Positions 38,372 to 51,450 of a stretch of DNA of 64,000 nucleotides are shown here, in pieces. The notes under the pieces are model-generated. The model made no database searches, was not told the DNA's origin, and was given only the letters and a program-made list of their open reading frames with translations. Made by a program: the position numbers and the translations under genes. This stretch comes from Utricularia gibba (taxonomy: Eukaryota > Plantae > Magnoliophyta): contig CM007989.1 in the NCBI GenBank assembly GCA_002189035.1, forward strand, positions 4,960,001-5,024,000, written 5' to 3'. The number at the start of each line of letters is the position of its first letter. The first letter of the stretch is position 1.

Positions 38372-39439
38372 TTACAAAATAACAGAAAAGAGCAGACACT
38401 TACGGTTAGTAATCCAGTGGATGATCATACGGATGTTCTTGGGGAAGGAATGCATAGGCGAACGTCGCCGATAGATCACTTTCCGGGAAGAATTCATAGC
38501 CCCGCCGTGCTGCCTCGCGTAGGCGCCGTAGTTCTCGACCAGCAGATTAAGAAACGACTGGTCTCGCGGGAAAACAGAGTCCCTGTAACTAGAGTTCCCC
38601 TCAAATGGGCTGAGCTCGCCGGTTGTTTCCCTCTCCTCCTGAGAATTGGAGGTGCCGCTAGTCACCTCCGCTACGGCGGCTGCGGAGCCGGAAGGTAACT
38701 CCGTCAACGGCGGCTGGGCGGAGGAGCAAGATGATGGGGATTCATATAAGCCTGAGATGTGTACTTTCTTCCCATTCGAGCTCTTCTTGAACACTCTGTT
38801 AATCACCCATTCACCCTGTCAAATCGGAACACTTTGTCAGTGGATGGTCTGAAAACGTAGAAAAAGAAAAAACGTGGGGAAGAAGAGGAAGAAGAAGAAG
38901 ATTATGGACTACCTTATTAGCGGAGAGGGTGTGCAATGAATCCTTGCTTTCTAATCTGTATTCGTGCATAACCCAATTCGTCTTTTCTCCTCTAGGTGCT
39001 CTTCCTTTGTAGAAAACAAGAGTTTTCTTCATTCCCACCAACGCCTTTCCTCGAAAAATCTCCTTATCTTTTCCAGTGGCTTTCCAGTACCCAGCTTGAG
39101 TTGCTCTGTTCGTTCTCGAACCAGTAGGGTATTTCCTGTCCTTGATGCAGAAGAAGTACCACTCCTTCTCTCCCATTTTCGCCTTCCCTGAAAATTTGCG
39201 ACCACCATTCATTCAGTCCCACCATATCTGCGCACACACACAACACACAACAACAACTTACAGGGCAAGTCCCAAGGCTCCACTCTGTTCAAGTCCACGT
39301 CTCCGATGACTCTGCTACTGAACTTGCTATCAACAGTCTTGGGGCGCAAGTAGTGAGTAATCAGTTCCTCATCCGTCGGATGAAACCTGAACCCCGGCGG
39401 CAAAACCAACTCCCGATCGCCATCGCCTTCCCCAGCCAT
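38372..39439 (-). CDS. NAC transcription factor, ORE1/NAC080/NAC100 (CUC-related) clade
   Basis: Exons 39439-39262, 39187-38913 and 38815-38372. [77 protein letters not shown]. The start could be an upstream in-frame ATG, and the true stop may be ~38406 (see findings). Confidence 0.93.
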
Positions 39440-40006
39440 TTCCGAGCCCCCAACACAACTCAATGGAACTTCGATTATATCGAACATCAAGTGATTACGC
39501 CATCTATCACAGTCAGATTCTACAGCGCCATCTTGCATCATACTTATCCCTAAGAGTAAAAACCCTGTTGACTAAAAGCTTCCCAACTGGAATCCGTGTT
39601 TTCTGTTTATACAGAGTTGGTTGAGGATCAGTTAAACCGAAGCCATCCACTTCTCCTCCGTCGAAACCGACAAGAAACCATTAACAAATTTGTTCTATCT
39701 CCAAGCCACGCTTTGCAACAACACGACAACCATTTCACATGAGACGCACAACACGCCAAAAACCAGTGGCGTCACGGAACAAGACAACACCGCGGGGGCT
39801 CCCAAATTTCAGAGATCTCACACTACCAAAATTAATATCGATTTTATATTCTCAATTTATTTTCGCAGGCAAAATACAAAACACAGCAGCAGCAGTGCAT
39901 GGTTTGTTTTAACCTCTTCCATGTTCACACCTTGCCATTGTACGGACAATTACCGGGTGAGATCGATTTTAAGAGCACGTGCAAAATAGTTCCGTTGCGT
40001 GCTCAA

Positions 40007-40210
40007 ATACGTGGCATTAACTGCTACACCTATGGGTGGGTTTCAAAAAATAAAATTAAAAATATTTATTGAAAAGTATCCCTTTTAATTAAAAATGACA
40101 CGTGGCTAACAAATGGTAATCCGTAATTAATTATTAGGTGAGCATTGTACTTTATTTACTTTTTATTGCTTTAATTCGAAATTCCTGGATGCGTCGGAGT
40201 CCGTACGCGT
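40007..40210 (-). promoter_or_regulatory. ABRE/G-box and CGCG motifs upstream of the NAC gene
   Basis: ACGTGGC near 40009, GACACGTGGC at 40097-40106 and ACGCGT near 40204. Confidence 0.4.
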
Positions 40211-42749
40211 GGAAAATATGGCGTCTTCTCTTCACCTACTCTTGGAGTTTTGGTGTAAAATGGCTTACACCTTGGCCTACTTGAAGCCTGAACCTGTTAC
40301 CAAAGGTGTTGGATTAGGATTTCACATGGTAGGCGGCCTCCGGGTGTAATCAGAGCGAGCATTTATCGAGCGGCCCGAAGCTCAGTTCTGTAAAAGCTTG
40401 GCCCCAATTTGATTTACAGGAGCCTAAACTTGAGCTCTATCCAACAATCGGGCTTGATAGCCTAATTGGGCCGCGTCCAATCAATCATGGGCTCAACCCC
40501 AGTAATTAATATATTAAAACATAAGATTGTAGTTTGTGTGAACTATTTTGTAACTCATTACTTAAAATAAAATTAAAAATAAGTGTTTTACATAATATCT
40601 CTGTTGTTTCAAAGTTTAATTTCTAATTCTATTTATTATTAATTTATTTCAATTTTAACTAATTTACTTACTTATCACATAAATTGAGAAAATGTAACTT
40701 ATTCAATAAACAAGTTACTTAATTTCAAATAGATTGTTTTTACTTATTTTGCATTTACTTGTACAATAATTTTTACATATGAGTTAAATAGAAGTTATTG
40801 ATTAAGTTGCACAAACTACACCCTAAGAAATCTTTAGAAAAAGTTTGAGTTGAAAAAATTAGTTTTGGGATGTCGAGAAGGAATTCTTTCATGTTTCACT
40901 AGATAAACCAATTTATTGCTTTCACTCCATTGATACAATGTAGTTGAGAAGAATTAGATATCAGAACATTGATACAATCCAAGAATTCCTAGCAAGTTTG
41001 GGCATTTTGCTAGGAAGTTTGTAGGCTCATCATGAATTAGGTCGGGATGCAAAGCTCATAGTTATGAAAACAACCAACCTAAAATTTTAGGATATGTCCA
41101 ACCAAAGATTTGATCTACCCAATAGTGATATCTAACAAATAAAGAAAAAAAGATAATGATAATTTATGTCATATTTTTTATTTGATTGCATTGACTACAT
41201 TCTACATAAATTCAATTTCGCATGTACATGTATTTCTTGTTAAGTTCTTAATTTTTTGTTTTTATAAGCATGATTCGAATTTTGATTGTTCCCTAGTCAA
41301 ATGTGTTATTGAATTGTTGAATTTATGGATTACTAAACTCGTTAGAAATTGTTTATAAATTGCTATATTGCTTAAGTTTCTAAATTGTATGTAAAGTTTT
41401 CTGATATGTTAAAAATTATTTGTGGATTTCTACATTACTTTATTATGTATTTTTGTATGCCTTTATTAATTATTATATCAATACTTTCTTTTCTAAGATT
41501 TAGATGAAACAAAATTTAGAATATACAGAGAAATGTGGATTAACAAACCGTGATTTAGAGAAATCATTAAATGATGATGATGAACAAGAAGAAATGCATA
41601 GAGATGATGATGTTATTTCACTTGAGGAAGAAGAGGGCGATGATGACAGATGGAAAATTTTGAAGGTGTTACTAGTTTAAAAGTTTTCATTATCAAAAGA
41701 TATTTATAAATTGAATAAATATTTTGCATCCCATACAAAAAGAAAGCAATACAATAACAATAAGTCCAAGTCGATCCACAAAAATCATACAATTTTCAGC
41801 TGTTAGTCTCATGCATAAATGAGATTTGATAGGGCATTTTATTTTAAAATGAGTTTCTACTCTAACGAAATTAGAAATTCTTTAACTTGCTTCTAAACTA
41901 AAAACAGATAGAAAAATGTGCAAATCAACATTTCCGGTAATTAAAAGTAAATATTTTACTTGATCCAAAAATTAAAAGTAAATACCCTCAAGCTATTATT
42001 CTGATTCACATATGAATATAATAAAGAAAACGATGAAGAAAGCATACTGGGTTGATAAAAACATTAAGAAATGTTAAACATTCAAAATAGGAAATGTAAT
42101 AACTACCAAGTTTGCGAATAAAAATGTAGAAAAAAAAGTTTGAACAAAAAATAAAAAGTTATTGTGTTGCTTTAGTTCAGTTTGCATGCATGCTTCTTCT
42201 TTTTCTCAAGCAGAATATTCTCACGCTTCATTGTTGAAGGTCTATCCCTTTTATGATGTATGGACGTTGGAGGTAGATTTTAGTGACATGCTGAAATTGT
42301 TCCTTCTTAGACGTTCACAAAAAAATCTCTCAAAAACTAGCCAAAAAATGAATTCAATAGTTGAAATCCTCTCTTCTCTCTCTAAGTCTGGCTTGCCCCA
42401 CTAATGTGCATGGGAGGCTCCCCACTCATCATTTCCATTTCTACTTGCTTCATTTATTTTTGATGATCTTTCCAATATCTCACTCTATAGCAGATTTTGC
42501 CTTTGGACTAATAATGACTGCACATACTAATCAAAATACATGGCTCAGCTCCAATGGGCTGGCTGTTCCTAATCTTGGGTGAAAAGTAACATCATCCCAC
42601 CTGAAAAATTAAAGCAAAATAGGACTAGAATAGATTTTTACCCAAAATAAATTTACTAACACTAATTTTAATATTTTTCTATATTCTAACTCACCTAATT
42701 TCTCACTCTAACACTAAAAATATCACAAAAAAAAGATCAAATTTGACAC

Positions 42750-43328
42750 AACATTAGGTGATGAAGATGATCATTTCAAAGAAAGGAAAAAGAAAAAAAA
42801 AATCTGCAATGAGAAGAAAGTCAAGTTTAATATATCCAAAAGTCAGTCAATCAATTACTCACTTGAAAAGGCATTTGAAAAAACATATTCAGCTAGAGGT
42901 CTCTTTTTTAAGAATCAAAGGAATTTATCTTCAACCAATAAAATCTAAATAGCAATTGGCCATTATTTCGAGTGATACATACGATCATAGAAGACAATGT
43001 AAAACTCTAGCACACTAGATACTTATGCACGAGAAGACCTTTTAATATGGTTGAAGAAGAAGGACTTACATTTATAATAAAACTTCATCGACCCCATTAT
43101 ACAAAGATATCTCGAGAAAGAATTAAAATTAATTGTATAGTTGTGTAAAGAAGGAAAAGAAAAAATTGAAGAAATTTTTGAAGAGAGTAAGAAATATTTC
43201 TCTTACCACTAATATATGGAAGTGCTAAGTACAAAGAATCTCTTATATGTGTGTTATGGATCAGTTTGTGCTTGATTTAAGGCTTAGAAAGAGTTTACTC
43301 AGTTTTATTGATATTCCTCCTCCACATT
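42750..43328 (+). mobile_element. hAT (Ac/Tam3, RICESLEEPER-like) transposase, piece 1 of 3
   Basis: End of BED finger (SITHLKRHLKKH), then HE..FNMVEEEG, ISLTTNIWK..ISYMCV and FIDIPPPH. Cut at 43329 by an LTR. Confidence 0.8.
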
Positions 43329-44454
43329 TGATAACACAAAAATTTTCCTATTTTAGGATAAGAAAATTATGTTTTTGAATCATATTTTAAGTATTTATCT
43401 TATAGTTTTTAGTATTTTACCAAAATTTAGGACATGATGTGATTTTGTATGTTAATGGGCTAAATTCTTTGATTTAGCTCATTGCATGTTATTTATATTT
43501 TTTTCTAGTCCAACAGTAAAATTCTAGAATCAGGGAGAACACAAGAATTTCGTGCAAGTAGAGATTTAGAAGAATAAGTCGCATTAAAAGAGGAGACAAA
43601 ATGCATTATTCTGTCGCCCATAGTCTGTAGGATTAGGCTAGGAATAGGATGGATATCAAGAACAGTAACAAAGAAGTGAAGATATTTTTGGAGAGAGAGG
43701 AAGGAGGAGAACGGGACTAGACCCTAGAAGGGGGAGGGAGAACACGAAAGAAGGAAGTAGAAGACGATTTTCTAGAAGAAGAATCTCAAATGTGAATCAC
43801 AAGTATCGAAACCCAATTCAATGCTACTGTTCCGGGCAATGAACAGTAACAAACATGACTATTGTACTTTGCTTTCGTTTGCTTGCTGAATATTTGTTCA
43901 TGATTGTTTGTTTAGCAATGTTTGAGATGCTTTTTTTAATTTATGTTTATGAAATTATATTATATCTCTTGAACATGAGTGACTAGATCTTAAGAATGCC
44001 TTAAGGTGTAAAATGATGATATGGAGCTAGGGTTCATATGAAAATTGATCGATGTATCTTAGTTTTTATTTCTATTAATCCTCAGGTAGACCTAAGGGAG
44101 GGGGGGGTGGGGGGTGGGGAGGAGAAGAACAAACAGCTTCACAACTTAGATACTTAATTTAGAGGTAGATCAATAAATCAAGGCGAAGATAATAGAAGTT
44201 ATTCCTGAATAGAATCAATAGAATTTGATAGACCTAGTTCTATATTTTTCACATATAAGTAGACCTAAATGTGGGATATGCGATGAAATCAGGGGCTATG
44301 TTAACCAAAAACATGACAAATGAGTTGTGTAAACTTAGGTTATTTAGAATTGTGAGTATAGAAATATTACAAATTAAATTAAGGGCCTTAGTACCATATC
44401 ATCTTGAGGAATCTTAATATTATTTTGTACTTAAAACTTGTATTTGTTACTTAC
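43329..44454 (+). mobile_element. Athila-like LTR, 3'-truncated
   Basis: Starts TGATAA and is collinear with the solo LTR at 26498-27885 until interrupted at 44455. Confidence 0.8.
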
Positions 44455-45470
44455 TGATAAATGAAAAATTTGTGCAAGTCCCTATTTGCAAATTTTTCCT
44501 ATCAAATAAAATTTATAAACCTAATTTACATCAAATCATATGAAAAATATGAGCATAGTGGACTAGGGTCGAACACAAGGAGCTAGGTGCTTGCTATGTG
44601 AAGGTCAATGCAAGGAATTAGTGTCACGTTGGTAAAATTGGTCTTAGCTAGGACTAAGGCAGAACTATGATAGAATGTAGTAAAGAAAAGTAACAAGTTT
44701 TGGGACTTGGTAGTTTTTGGAATGAAGTGGGTGATGCCTTGGGACTCCTAGGGAATGTATGTCTATCACTAAACAAGTTCACATAAATCATAAATCATAC
44801 ATCTAACTCACAAGATCTAGGTCTTCCTGGACTCTTGTTTTTCCCCCTAATTTTTAGTCTATCTCTAATTAGGATTGTTAAGTTTTGTTTCACTACTTCC
44901 CCCTCGTGGATCTATTCTGATTTCTTAAGGAAGTGGCGTGACTTATGGTTTATTAAGCCTAAGGATTGATTAGCATATTTCTCCTCTTTTCACCCAAGGC
45001 ACCCCCTAAGTGCTTAGTCACTCATAACAAGGGAAAGGAAAACGTTTTCATAGCACATGCTAAGCAACATTCTGGTTTCAAAGCTAAACAACAACGAGCA
45101 ATACATAGCAGAAGTAGGAAAGACAATTTGTTCACGCAGTAAATCCAAATCTAGTCTTAGATAGGAACAGTAAGCATCAAGAACGAAAATAAATCTTCAA
45201 AGAGAAGCTGTGTTCTTTTGGTTCGTCGTTCCCTTCCTTCTTCTACCCTAGAAAAATCTCCAGAAACATGTCGTGAGTCTCCAATGGGGAGATCTGACTT
45301 CTCTCTCTATCTTTCCCCCTTTTTCCAAAATCTCCCTTTTTCCTCCTTGGATTTTGCGTGTACTACTTTTCAGAATTTTGGACTCATCTTCTGCCACTTC
45401 ACTGTGTATATTCGGCTCATTGGGATTTATGTTGCGACCTGCACTGCATTGCTCGAATAAAACTATTAAA
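44455..45470 (-). mobile_element. Athila-like LTR (second subfamily), inverted and truncated
   Basis: Its reverse complement ends aatttttcatttatca and aligns over ~900 bp with 50545-51450. Confidence 0.8.
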
Positions 45471-48400
45471 AGGTTGGGACTAAATCATAGATTTAGTCCA
45501 ATCAAAGGGGACATCATAAGAAGGTATGTGGAATGTTTAATCCAATCAAGACTAATCAGAACAAGAAGACTACTTCTAGGGATGAAGAATCGCATGCATC
45601 TTTTACTTACTTTGATGGTGAACCATAAATATTTTTTGATGATCCATGTGTGCTCTAATGACAGTAGTCTCAAATCCTAAAGATGGGTACTTGGATTCTG
45701 GCACCTCCTATCATGTATGTTGTGATGCAAGATCATTTCTATAGCTTGAGAAGATTGGGAAGGAAGTAAGTACATGTAATGGTGAAAATATTGACATTGT
45801 TGCCAAAGGAAGCATTTTACTCATGCTAAAGGAAGGAATTGTGCAAGTTTATAATATTTATTATGCATCAAATCTCAAACAAAACGTATTGAGTTTTGGT
45901 CAATTAAGCAGACAAGGCTTTGACATTGAATTGATCAAGGATGCTAGTGGTGTAACCACTAAAATTAGAGTTGCTGATCCAAAAATGAATATTGAGTTCC
46001 ATGTTGTGTTGACCACCTACAACCTCTACCAAATCTCGTTTAGTGATCATAAAAGTTGTATTTTCTCACTTCAAGATCAAAGTAGCCTTTGGCACAAACG
46101 TTTTGGGCACTATAGCTTCAACAATCTGAAAATGAGGCAAAAGAATAACAAAGTACTGGAATTGAAAAACATTAAGTTTGCTGATGTCATATGTGAAGTG
46201 TGCCATTAAGGTAAACACTGTAGAAAGCCATTTTATTCCATTGATTCAGTAGTAAAGAAATTAAAACTTGTGCATACAGATATTTGTGAACCATTTAAGG
46301 AATGTTCATTGAGGGGGAGTAGATATTTTGTTACATTCATTGACGATTATTCACATTATTGTTGGGTTTACTTTCTTAAAAGCAAGTCAAAAGCTCCTCA
46401 TATCTTTCAAAAATTCAAAGTGATGATTGAAAATCAGAGTGGATGCTCTTTTTAAAGATGATTAGATCAAAAAATGGATGTGAATTCTATAATAATAGCA
46501 TGAGAATGTTTTGTAAGAATGAGGGAATCATTCATCAATTCACAGTTCCATATTCCCCACAATAGAATGATATGTGAAAGGAGGAACATAAGAATTCTTG
46601 ATATGTCAAGGTGTCTATTGTTTGATAAAGATTTTCCTGTAAATTTCTAGGCTGAAGTGATATCTATGCTTGTATATCTATTGAACTTGCTTCCATCCAA
46701 GGTGATTGGTGGAAAGACCTCTCATAAGAAATTACATGGTTATATTAAAAAAGTTTATTATCTTAGTATCTTTGGTACTTTGTGTGTTACTCATGTACTA
46801 AACCAAAAACAAAGAAAACTTGATAAGAAGTCTATATCCAGTGTGTTTGTTGGTTATAGCAATACTACCAAAGGATATAAAGTTTAGATATCTGATCAGA
46901 AGAAGTTTATCTTCAGTCATGATGTTTCTTTTGATGAAGGTGTAAAGTATACTCTAATTGAGGATTTTCTTTCTTTGAATGATGCAAAAGCTCATGAAAA
47001 TCATAGAGAGCATGATGCTCACATGAAAGCTGACCTTTGCACACATATGCCTCAAAACAGCTCTTCCAGCATTCAACGAAACAAGAAATTGAAGATGGTA
47101 TTGAACATATACAGGTGAATGAGAATTCAAAATCAACTTCAGAACTCTTACATGAAGATTCAAATCAGGCCAATGATCAATATTCAGATGGAAATCTCCC
47201 TCTTCCAAAAGAGGAGAAAGCTACAAATGCATATGACTCATCAAATGAGAATTTAGAATCAACCTCTCAACCGTTGAATGAAGCATCATATGAGGCCAAT
47301 GATCAATATTCAGACGGGAGTCTCTCTCTCCCAGAAGAGGAGAAAGCTACAAATGTGGATGACTCATCAATAATGAGTCTGATGGAGAGGAACCTAATAC
47401 TGATGATGAAGAGTATTACCGACTTGATCGTGATTGGCAAGGAGGAAAAAGCAAAAGCATCAGATAGTCAAGAGATAATGAAGATAATTATGTTACTAAC
47501 ATAAGACAAAACAAAAGAAACAAGGCTTCTATAATAAGTTTCTTAGAGTTGAATGATGATGTTCAAGATGTTGTAGCTGATGTTTTGGTTAGACCATTCA
47601 CAGGAGATCCAGCATCATCTGAAGTAGTTGTACAAATTCTATCCTTGAAAATGAAACCTGGGGTTAGTTGACAAATTCAAGGATAGGGGTTTCATACCTA
47701 TTGGCCTCTAGTGGGTGTTCAAAACCAAGATGAATGGTGATGGCTTGGTAAATAAATATAAGGCTAGATTAGTAGCCAAGGGATATAGTTATATCAAAGG
47801 AATAAATTTTCATGAGATTTTTGCACCAAAAGCAAGATTTGACATAATTAACATACTTCTTGCCATTTCATTTGCTCATGGATGAAAAGTGCATCACATG
47901 GATGTAAGACTGCATTTTTGAATGACGTGTTGTAGGAGGTTGTTTTTGTTGAAAAATCAAAGGGCTTTTAAGTGTCAGGTCATGAAAATAAAATACTGAA
48001 ACTAAAAAATCTCTGTAAGGGTTGAAACAAGCCCTTGTAGCATGGAATGAACACATGGATGATTATCTTCAGGGTATTGGTTTCATGAAAATATACAGTG
48101 ATTACTCACTATATGTTAAAGGAAAGAGAGATGATCGTTTATTCGTTAATCTATATGTGGATGACCTTATGATTACCTCATGTGATTAAAGGAAGATTGT
48201 AGAATTCAAAGCGCTACTCAAAAATGGATTTAAGATGATTGATTTTGGAGTGATGTCCTACTATTTACGCATGGAAATTCATCAACTTGTAGGTGTTGGA
48301 ACATTCATATCTCAGAAGAAGTACTATAATGAACTTTTTGAGAAGTTTGGGTTCAAAGATGTACATCCTTCAAAAACTCCTTTGGATTACAAACAGGTGA

Positions 48401-49411
48401 TTGGAACAACTAGGGAACAAATGTGGATGCTAACTCACATAGAAGTATGATTCAAAGCCTTATCTATCTCTAGCATACAAGATCCGACCTGAGTTTTTGT
48501 GTATAAAACTCACATGGCAGTTGTGAAAAGAGCTTTCAGGTGTATAAAATCTACTAATAATTTTGGATTGTTCTATCCCTGTGAAGGTAAAAAACCAATC
48601 TTCAAATTTTGAGCCTACTCGAACAATGATTATGGTATGGTTGAAGACAACAATAGTACATGTACTGCACTCTTCTTCTTAAATAAAAGCCTTGTAGTCT
48701 GGTTTTTGAAGAAACAAAAGATGGTGGCATAATCAACAGCTGAAGCTGAATACATCTCAGCAGCACATGGTTCAAGCTATTGCATTTGGTTGAGATAGAT
48801 GTTAAAAGAACTTGGATTCATACAAAAGGAAGCTACAAATATGCTTTTAGATAATAGAGCTGCAATCTCTATGGCCAACGATCCAACCAACTTCAACAAA
48901 GCCAAACATATAAGAGAATCAGGTATCATGTCATAAGAAATTACATCAAAGAGAAGAAGATCAAAGTGTAGTCACAGAATCCGCTTGCTGATGGGCTTAC
49001 CAAAAATTTGAACAAGGTTCAGTTTGATCTAGCAAGGCAGAACATGAATCTAATGACTATAGAAGACTTTTTCAAGTGGGAGATCTTAGTTTTAGGGGAG
49101 GGGAGTATTGGAGATCAGCATCAATCCAAATAAGCTTGAAGGTGATTGGAAGCATTATTCTTGTGTCATGAAGTCATCTTTCACTTCAAAACGTTGGGCT
49201 TGGTTATTAGGTCTTTTATTTTTGTTTTTTCTTGATTGTGACCCATTGTTGTGTAACCTAGACATGGGGTTTATATATACCCCAATAGGAATTCGTGAGG
49301 TTAGGGTTTTTGGCCACTCTTATTTTTAAAGAGTAGGTTTTCATCAAATATGAGTTCATAAGCATTAGCCCACTATTACTTCCTCAAGACTCTATCTTTG
49401 TTGAATCAACA
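45470..49411 (+). mobile_element. Decayed Ty1/Copia retrotransposon with PPT and 3' LTR
   Basis: gag knuckle remnant; protease W.LDSGTSYHVC (~45685); LWHKRFGH; integrase VHTDICEPF...RYFVTFIDDYSHYCWVYFLKSKS; [23 protein letters not shown] and NLYVDDL; RNaseH STAEAEYISAA. PPT AGGGGAGGGGAG at 49094-49105, then an LTR TATTG (decayed TGTTG)...CAACA at 49106-49411. Confidence 0.92.
47118..47372 (+). repeat. 126-bp in-frame tandem duplication within the Copia INT-RT spacer
   Basis: aatcaac at 47131 and 47257; two copies of ANDQYSDG.L.LP.EEKATN..DSS. Confidence 0.9.
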
Positions 49412-50095
49412 TTCAAGTGATTAGACATGGTGTATTGTATATCACCTCATCAAAAGCGAGATTTAAAATGTTTTTTAGAATCATTCATCGGATGAAATTG
49501 TCTACTAGGATATTGATCTATGCTTGTTTGACCCGTTGGAATTCTATATATGAAATGTTGATTGTGACTTCAAAATACAAGCATGTCTTTCCTATTTTTG
49601 TAGTAATGGATCCTGAATTTATTTCTTATCCATCACAACAAGATTAAAATAAAATTGATAAGAATATAAAAATCTTGTAAGCTTTCTATGATGCCACTAA
49701 GATGATATCATGGAATAGACTAAATCATATCTAGGAAAACTTTTGGAGTCATTTGGAGGATTAAAGAGATACTAAATAGCCATGAAGATGCTAATGTAGA
49801 GTACCTATAGAATATGATTGCCAAGATGAAAGACAAGCTTGAAAAATATTGGAATGAATGCAATTTAGTGATGCCCATTGCTGCAATTTTAAATTCTCAA
49901 TTCAAGATGAAGATGGTTGAGTTTGCATTCTTTGCTCTTCACTCAAAAGAAGAATTTTTCCAAAACAGTCTCAAGGTTTGTAACAAATTACAAGATTTAT
50001 TCAATGAGTACAGAGCTATGGAGTACTCAAATAATATGTCAAATTTTAACTTTATTGTGGTTAGAAATCATCATTGCAAAAGAATCCGATTTTAA
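49412..50095 (+). mobile_element. hAT transposase, piece 2 of 3
   Basis: IRHGVLYITSS, LTRWNSIYEML, MIAKMKDKLEKYWNECNLVMPIAAILNSQFKMKMVEF (DUF4413-like region). Confidence 0.85.
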
Positions 50096-50429
50096 ATTGT
50101 GAGTTTGGGTGTTGTGTTTGTTTTGCCTATTTGGAATCTATTTTTAGGTAAAGAAAAAAATGGTAAATGAGGTAGAGAATTTTTAATATGCAAATCGTCA
50201 GAACGGAAAAACCATAGAGTTGGAGGGTGTTGTGTGTCGTTTCTTCAACAAATTTTAATTAAAAAAATATAAAACACAAATAAAAATAGTATGAATGTCG
50301 ATTTCAGGGAGTTAAGTTTTTTGAAAAGCATTTTGTATTAAACTTTTACAAATTATCACGAGTTTGTAAAAGAGAGTGTTTGAAATACAAAAATAAAAGA
50401 TATAATGTAAGTAATAGACCTTGACTAAG

Positions 50430-51450
50430 GAAAGTAGTTTCTGAGAATGAGATTTTATTTCCTCCCTTTATCTATCCTTGCCTTGGCTTTCACTGATTCC
50501 TTTTAAATATCTGGTTATAGGAGCAAGAAATAATTTACTCTTCCTTACACACAAAGTCCAAGGAGGTGAAAAAGCAAGATTTTGGACAAAAAGGAAAAAA
50601 GGTGGGAGAGAAGGTAGATCTCCCCTTGGAGACTCACGAACACATTTTTCTGGGGAGAAGGTTTTTTGGGGAGGAAGAAGAAGGAAGACAATCAGGAACG
50701 AAGCTGAAGTTCAAGAATATTTTCTGTCTTCAAAGAATATTACTCTTAGCTAAGAGTAGCTAGTGACGTTTTTCAATTTTTGCTGACACTTCACATTACT
50801 TACTTATTTGCTTTCCGGTATTTGATAGTGAAATGAGCACATTGAGGGTGATGTTTTCTTTTCCACTTTCATTTACCTTAAGCATGAGTGGTTAAGTACT
50901 TAGGGGGTGCCTTGGGGTAATAAGGGGAGAAACATGTTAATCAACCTTTAGATCTAAACAGCTATGAGTCATGCCACTTCCTTAACAAACCAGGATAGAT
51001 CTAGGAGGGGGAAATAGTGAAACTCAACTTAACAACCCTAATTAGAGGTAGACCAAAGATTAGGGGGAAAAACAAGAATCTGGGTAAACCTAGATCTTGT
51101 GAGTTAGTTGTATGATTTGTGGTTTGTATGAGTTTGTTTAGTGATAAGCATACATCCCCTAGGAGTCCCAAGGCATCCCCCATTCCATTCCAGAAACAAC
51201 CGAACTCTAGAACTTATTACTTTTCTTTACTGTATTTTGTTTTAGTTCTGCCTTAGTCCTAACTAAGACCAATTTTACCAACGTCACATTGATTACATGC
51301 ATTAACAATCACATAGCAAGCACCTGCTTTTTGTGTTCGACCCTAATCACTATGCTCATAATTGTTTTATGCTTGAAGGTGTATTAGGTTATAAATTTAT
51401 TTGATAGGAAAAATTGCAATTTAACGACGCTGCTAATTTTTCGTTTATCA
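50430..51450 (+). mobile_element. Athila-like LTR (same subfamily as 44455-45470)
   Basis: Ends aatttttcgtttatca, like the solo LTR at 27885, and contains gtgttcgaccc. The left boundary is uncertain. Confidence 0.75.

Noticed and set aside
40780-41680. Possible further hAT (DUF659-type) remnant with an acidic tail
   Set aside because: I could not recover any convincing conserved motif by eye.
50163-50172. GTAAA|TG as left TSD and start of the LTR ending at 51450 (right flank GTAAA)
   Set aside because: The sequence after 50168 does not resemble the TGAT starts of the sister LTRs, so the 5-mer may be chance. The boundary is left unresolved.
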